Positions 61,558 through 64,000 of a DNA stretch of 64,000 nt are shown piece by piece. Source of the DNA: an uncultured delta proteobacterium. Its GTDB lineage: Bacteria > Desulfobacterota > Binatia > UBA9968. The DNA is taken from positions 323,501 to 387,500 of the forward strand of contig CAVUVW010000017.1 of NCBI GenBank assembly GCA_963745035.1, written 5' to 3'. Below the pieces are notes generated by a model that was not told where the DNA came from, searched no databases, and saw only the letters and a list, made by a program, of their open reading frames with translations. The first letter of the stretch is position 1. Each line of letters begins with the position of its first letter. Position numbers and translations under genes: made by a program.

Positions 61558-64000
61558 GACATCGCCCGGGGCACCATTTCCGGGAAGTTGGCGTCATCGG
61601 GGTCGAGGCTCACCACGTAGTCGCTGAGCTCCACCTCACTGTCCTTGTCCTTGCGCCAGCGCACCGTGTGGTGCAGCCGGCGCAGGCTGACGTTGGTGGG
61701 GTGCCAGTCGAAGGTGATCTCGCAGAAGTTGTTGGTGCCGATGACCTTGTTGATCTTGCCGCCGGCGTTGTACATGCGGTACTTGGTGGCCGCGAGGCGC
61801 AGCGCCTCGGCGGCCATCTTGCGCTGGTCGGGCGTGCTGCCCGCGGGCAGCGGCGGAATCGGCGTGGTGTCCACGGGCACGCTCACCTCGGGCGGCGTGA
61901 GGTAGTCGAGCCGGTAGCTGTAGTCCGGCGGGGTCTGCGGATCGATCGCCGTCCCGAAGGACAGGCCCTCGAATGTCGCGAATAGCTCAACGTCCGAAGT
62001 CTGCAGCGTCGGCTGGTCGAGCCTCGCGGTGTAGAGCGGCACAAAGGTGTCGCCTACCACGAGGCCGTGCTGGCCCACGGCCTTCTCCGAGCCCAGCGAC
62101 TTGCTCCAGCCCACGTAGCCCTGCGGCACAATGAGCCCGTCGCGCGTCGTCCTGCGGACCACGAGCCATAAGAACCCGCGCGGCACGAAGTCGTACCCGT
62201 TGCGATGGAATCCGAGTGTGTTGTCGGTCTCCTTGCGGAACGAGCTCGCGACCAACTGCGCGATCACCGCCTTGACCGGCTGGGGCTGCGTGTCCTCGAC
62301 GCGCGTGCTGGCATTGTAGAGCAGCCGCGTCGCGAAGCTGAAATGCACGTCGCCGGAGAGCAGCGCCAGCGCCCCGGTTCGCTTGCCGTCGACCAGCGGC
62401 AGCTTGTCGCTCAGGCTCACCATCAGGCGATCGGAATGGATCGACGGCAGCTCCCACGCCTCGTAGACATCCGGGTGGTGCTGGACGTGGTTGGTGATGA
62501 AGTCGTGCCGGGCGGCGGAGCGGAGCGGCTCCACGGCCGGCGCGTTGGTGGTCATCACCACGATCACGAAGCGGTCGCCGGCCGGCGGCGTGGCGACGAT
62601 CTGCTTTGCGAGTTGGTCGCTGGGCAGCAGCACGCCACCACCCACCCGCCCGGTCGGGAACGAGCGCCACGAGCGCGAGTCGGTGAAGATGACCTGATGC
62701 CCCGGCCCTTCGACCGTGAAGTTGAAGATCAGCGAATCCGGGTCATGGAATACGGCGTTGTCCGGCTGGGTGGCCAGCACGGACTCTTCGTGCACGGCGA
62801 CCAGCTTGCGCAGCGCGGGCGAATTCGTCTCGTAGCGGGCCGCATCGGTGCCGTCGAGCAGGTCGAGCATGGCCTTGCCCGGGCCGGTGCCCTCGAACAC
62901 TTCCGGCACGTTGCCCCAGTGCTGGCACAACGAATAGGCCACCAGCGCGTTCTGCGCCACGCGCAGGCCCAGCGGGCGGCCGTACAGCGACTTGCAGGTG
63001 TCGCGCGTCATGTTCCAGTCGTCGGTGACTTCGTGGTCGTCGAAGATCATGTAGCTCGGGATGTTGGCCAGCATCCGACGCACGTCCTGGAGGTCTTGAC
63101 GGAACAGCCTCAGCTTACCCAGGTGATTCAGCTTGCGCTTGCCCGACTCATCAAGTTCTTCTGGTTGAACCATGTCGCGAAGTTGACCCTTCTTCGCCCG
63201 CTGCAACTGCCAGTGACGCAGCGCGTCCGGGTCGCCGCCCAAGACTACGTTGGTGGCCTTCATAAGATCGCTGAACGTCGGCATGTCGGCGGGCCACAGC
63301 ACGTCGGACCAGACCATGATGTACATGCACAGGTACTCGCCGAGCGAGAGCAACTGCCCGTCGAGATCCTCCGAGGTGAAGCCCGCCGCCTCCAGTGGAT
63401 CGCGGCGCAGGAAGGGCAAGAGCTTGTCCACGTCCGCCTTGCCGCCTGCGTCGTCGTAGGGAATCTGTTCCTTCCAACCGAGCAGCACGTGCGCGGCGTC
63501 GGAGAGCACCATCAGCAGCGAAGCCGCGACATCGTCCGCGTAGATCTGGTCGCCGGTCAGCAGCAACTGGTGCGGGCGCGCGAGCGGATTGGACGCGGCT
63601 TGCGCGATCAGCTTGTCGCCAATCGAAAAACAGTCCCTGCCGTTGCCATGCGGGATGCGGCACGAGCCGCACAGGATGCGCAGGTCATCCAGCGACGCCG
63701 GCGGCAGGCAGAAGCTCGGCAGGCCGAAGGGGACGTAGCAGAAGGCGCCCGGCAGCGTCTGCGTGCCGGTGGCCGTGGGCAGGTCCATGCCCTGCCCGTC
63801 GTCGAAGGCGAATGCGAGGTTGTAGCGGTAGACCACGCCTTCCATGAGGTCGGGCGCGCCGGTGGCGGGCACCGCCGTCACGCACACGATGTGCAGTTGC
63901 GTGCCGACGGCCACCGTGTGCCGATGGCCAGTGGCAAAGGGCACATTGAGCGCATCCAGAACCGTGAGCGTGACGTCGCCGCCGACGCGCATCATCAGCC
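61554..64000 (-). CDS. PhoD-like metallophosphoesterase (5' end probably outside window)
   Basis: CGSCRIPH, RPHQLLLTGDQIYADDV, YMIFDDHEVTDDWN, TDSRSWR, LSGDVH. Its stop overlaps the next ATG. Confidence 0.8.
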   Translation of the reverse strand, partial: LMMRVGGDVTLTVLDALNVPFATGHRHTVAVGTQLHIVCVTAVPATGAPDLMEGVVYRYNLAFAFDDGQGMDLPTATGTQTLPGAFCYVPFGLPSFCLPPASLDDLRILCGSCRIPHGNGRDCFSIGDKLIAQAASNPLARPHQLLLTGDQIYADDVAASLLMVLSDAAHVLLGWKEQIPYDDAGGKADVDKLLPFLRRDPLEAAGFTSEDLDGQLLSLGEYLCMYIMVWSDVLWPADMPTFSDLMKATNVVLGGDPDALRHWQLQRAKKGQLRDMVQPEELDESGKRKLNHLGKLRLFRQDLQDVRRMLANIPSYMIFDDHEVTDDWNMTRDTCKSLYGRPLGLRVAQNALVAYSLCQHWGNVPEVFEGTGPGKAMLDLLDGTDAARYETNSPALRKLVAVHEESVLATQPDNAVFHDPDSLIFNFTVEGPGHQVIFTDSRSWRSFPTGRVGGGVLLPSDQLAKQIVATPPAGDRFVIVVMTTNAPAVEPLRSAARHDFITNHVQHHPDVYEAWELPSIHSDRLMVSLSDKLPLVDGKRTGALALLSGDVHFSFATRLLYNASTRVEDTQPQPVKAVIAQLVASSFRKETDNTLGFHRNGYDFVPRGFLWLVVRRTTRDGLIVPQGYVGWSKSLGSEKAVGQHGLVVGDTFVPLYTARLDQPTLQTSDVELFATFEGLSFGTAIDPQTPPDYSYRLDYLTPPEVSVPVDTTPIPPLPAGSTPDQRKMAAEALRLAATKYRMYNAGGKINKVIGTNNFCEITFDWHPTNVSLRRLHHTVRWRKDKDSEVELSDYVVSLDPDDANFPEMVPRAMS

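Noticed and set aside
47909-64000. Selenoprotein (TGA recoding) among genes next to tRNA-Sec
   Set aside because: The breaks in these genes are frame changes, not in-frame TGA codons at catalytic Cys positions.
47868-64000. Calling the operon a prophage, eCIS or Tc toxin
   Set aside because: No recognisable sheath, tube, baseplate, terminase, integrase, RHS or SpvB motifs are visible; kept only as hypotheses.

Overview
GC-rich bacterial window. Gene content and style suggest a Deltaproteobacteria-like organism such as Binatia; this is inference only. Many single-base frameshifts, some in short homopolymers, look like long-read assembly errors. Layout: (1) 1-3.9 kb: glgA 3' end, glgC, GH57/DUF3536 hydrolase. 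(2) 3.9-14.3 kb: two-component genes, including a double-kinase hybrid, a duplicated HK-RR module, a TonB-receptor/HK deletion chimera and a sigma54 activator. (3) 15-16.3 kb: CdaA-YbbR diadenylate cyclase. (4) 16.3-30.6 kb: glgB-treZ-glgX-treY-glgE-treS/mak alpha-glucan/trehalose operon. (5) 30.9-47.2 kb: kinases and regulators, SLT, MlaC, an opgH remnant, ExeA-BON, several near-perfect sigma54 promoters, and a 47-aa classical zinc-finger ORF missing from the ORF track. (6) tRNA-Sec at 47773-47867. (7) 47.9-64 kb: a tightly packed minus-strand operon converging on the tRNA-Sec 3' end. It encodes a PhoD-like metallophosphoesterase, a DUF6603-like beta-rich protein and three large proteins of unknown function, the last with an N-terminal beta/gamma-crystallin module. 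This operon is the best candidate for an undescribed system.
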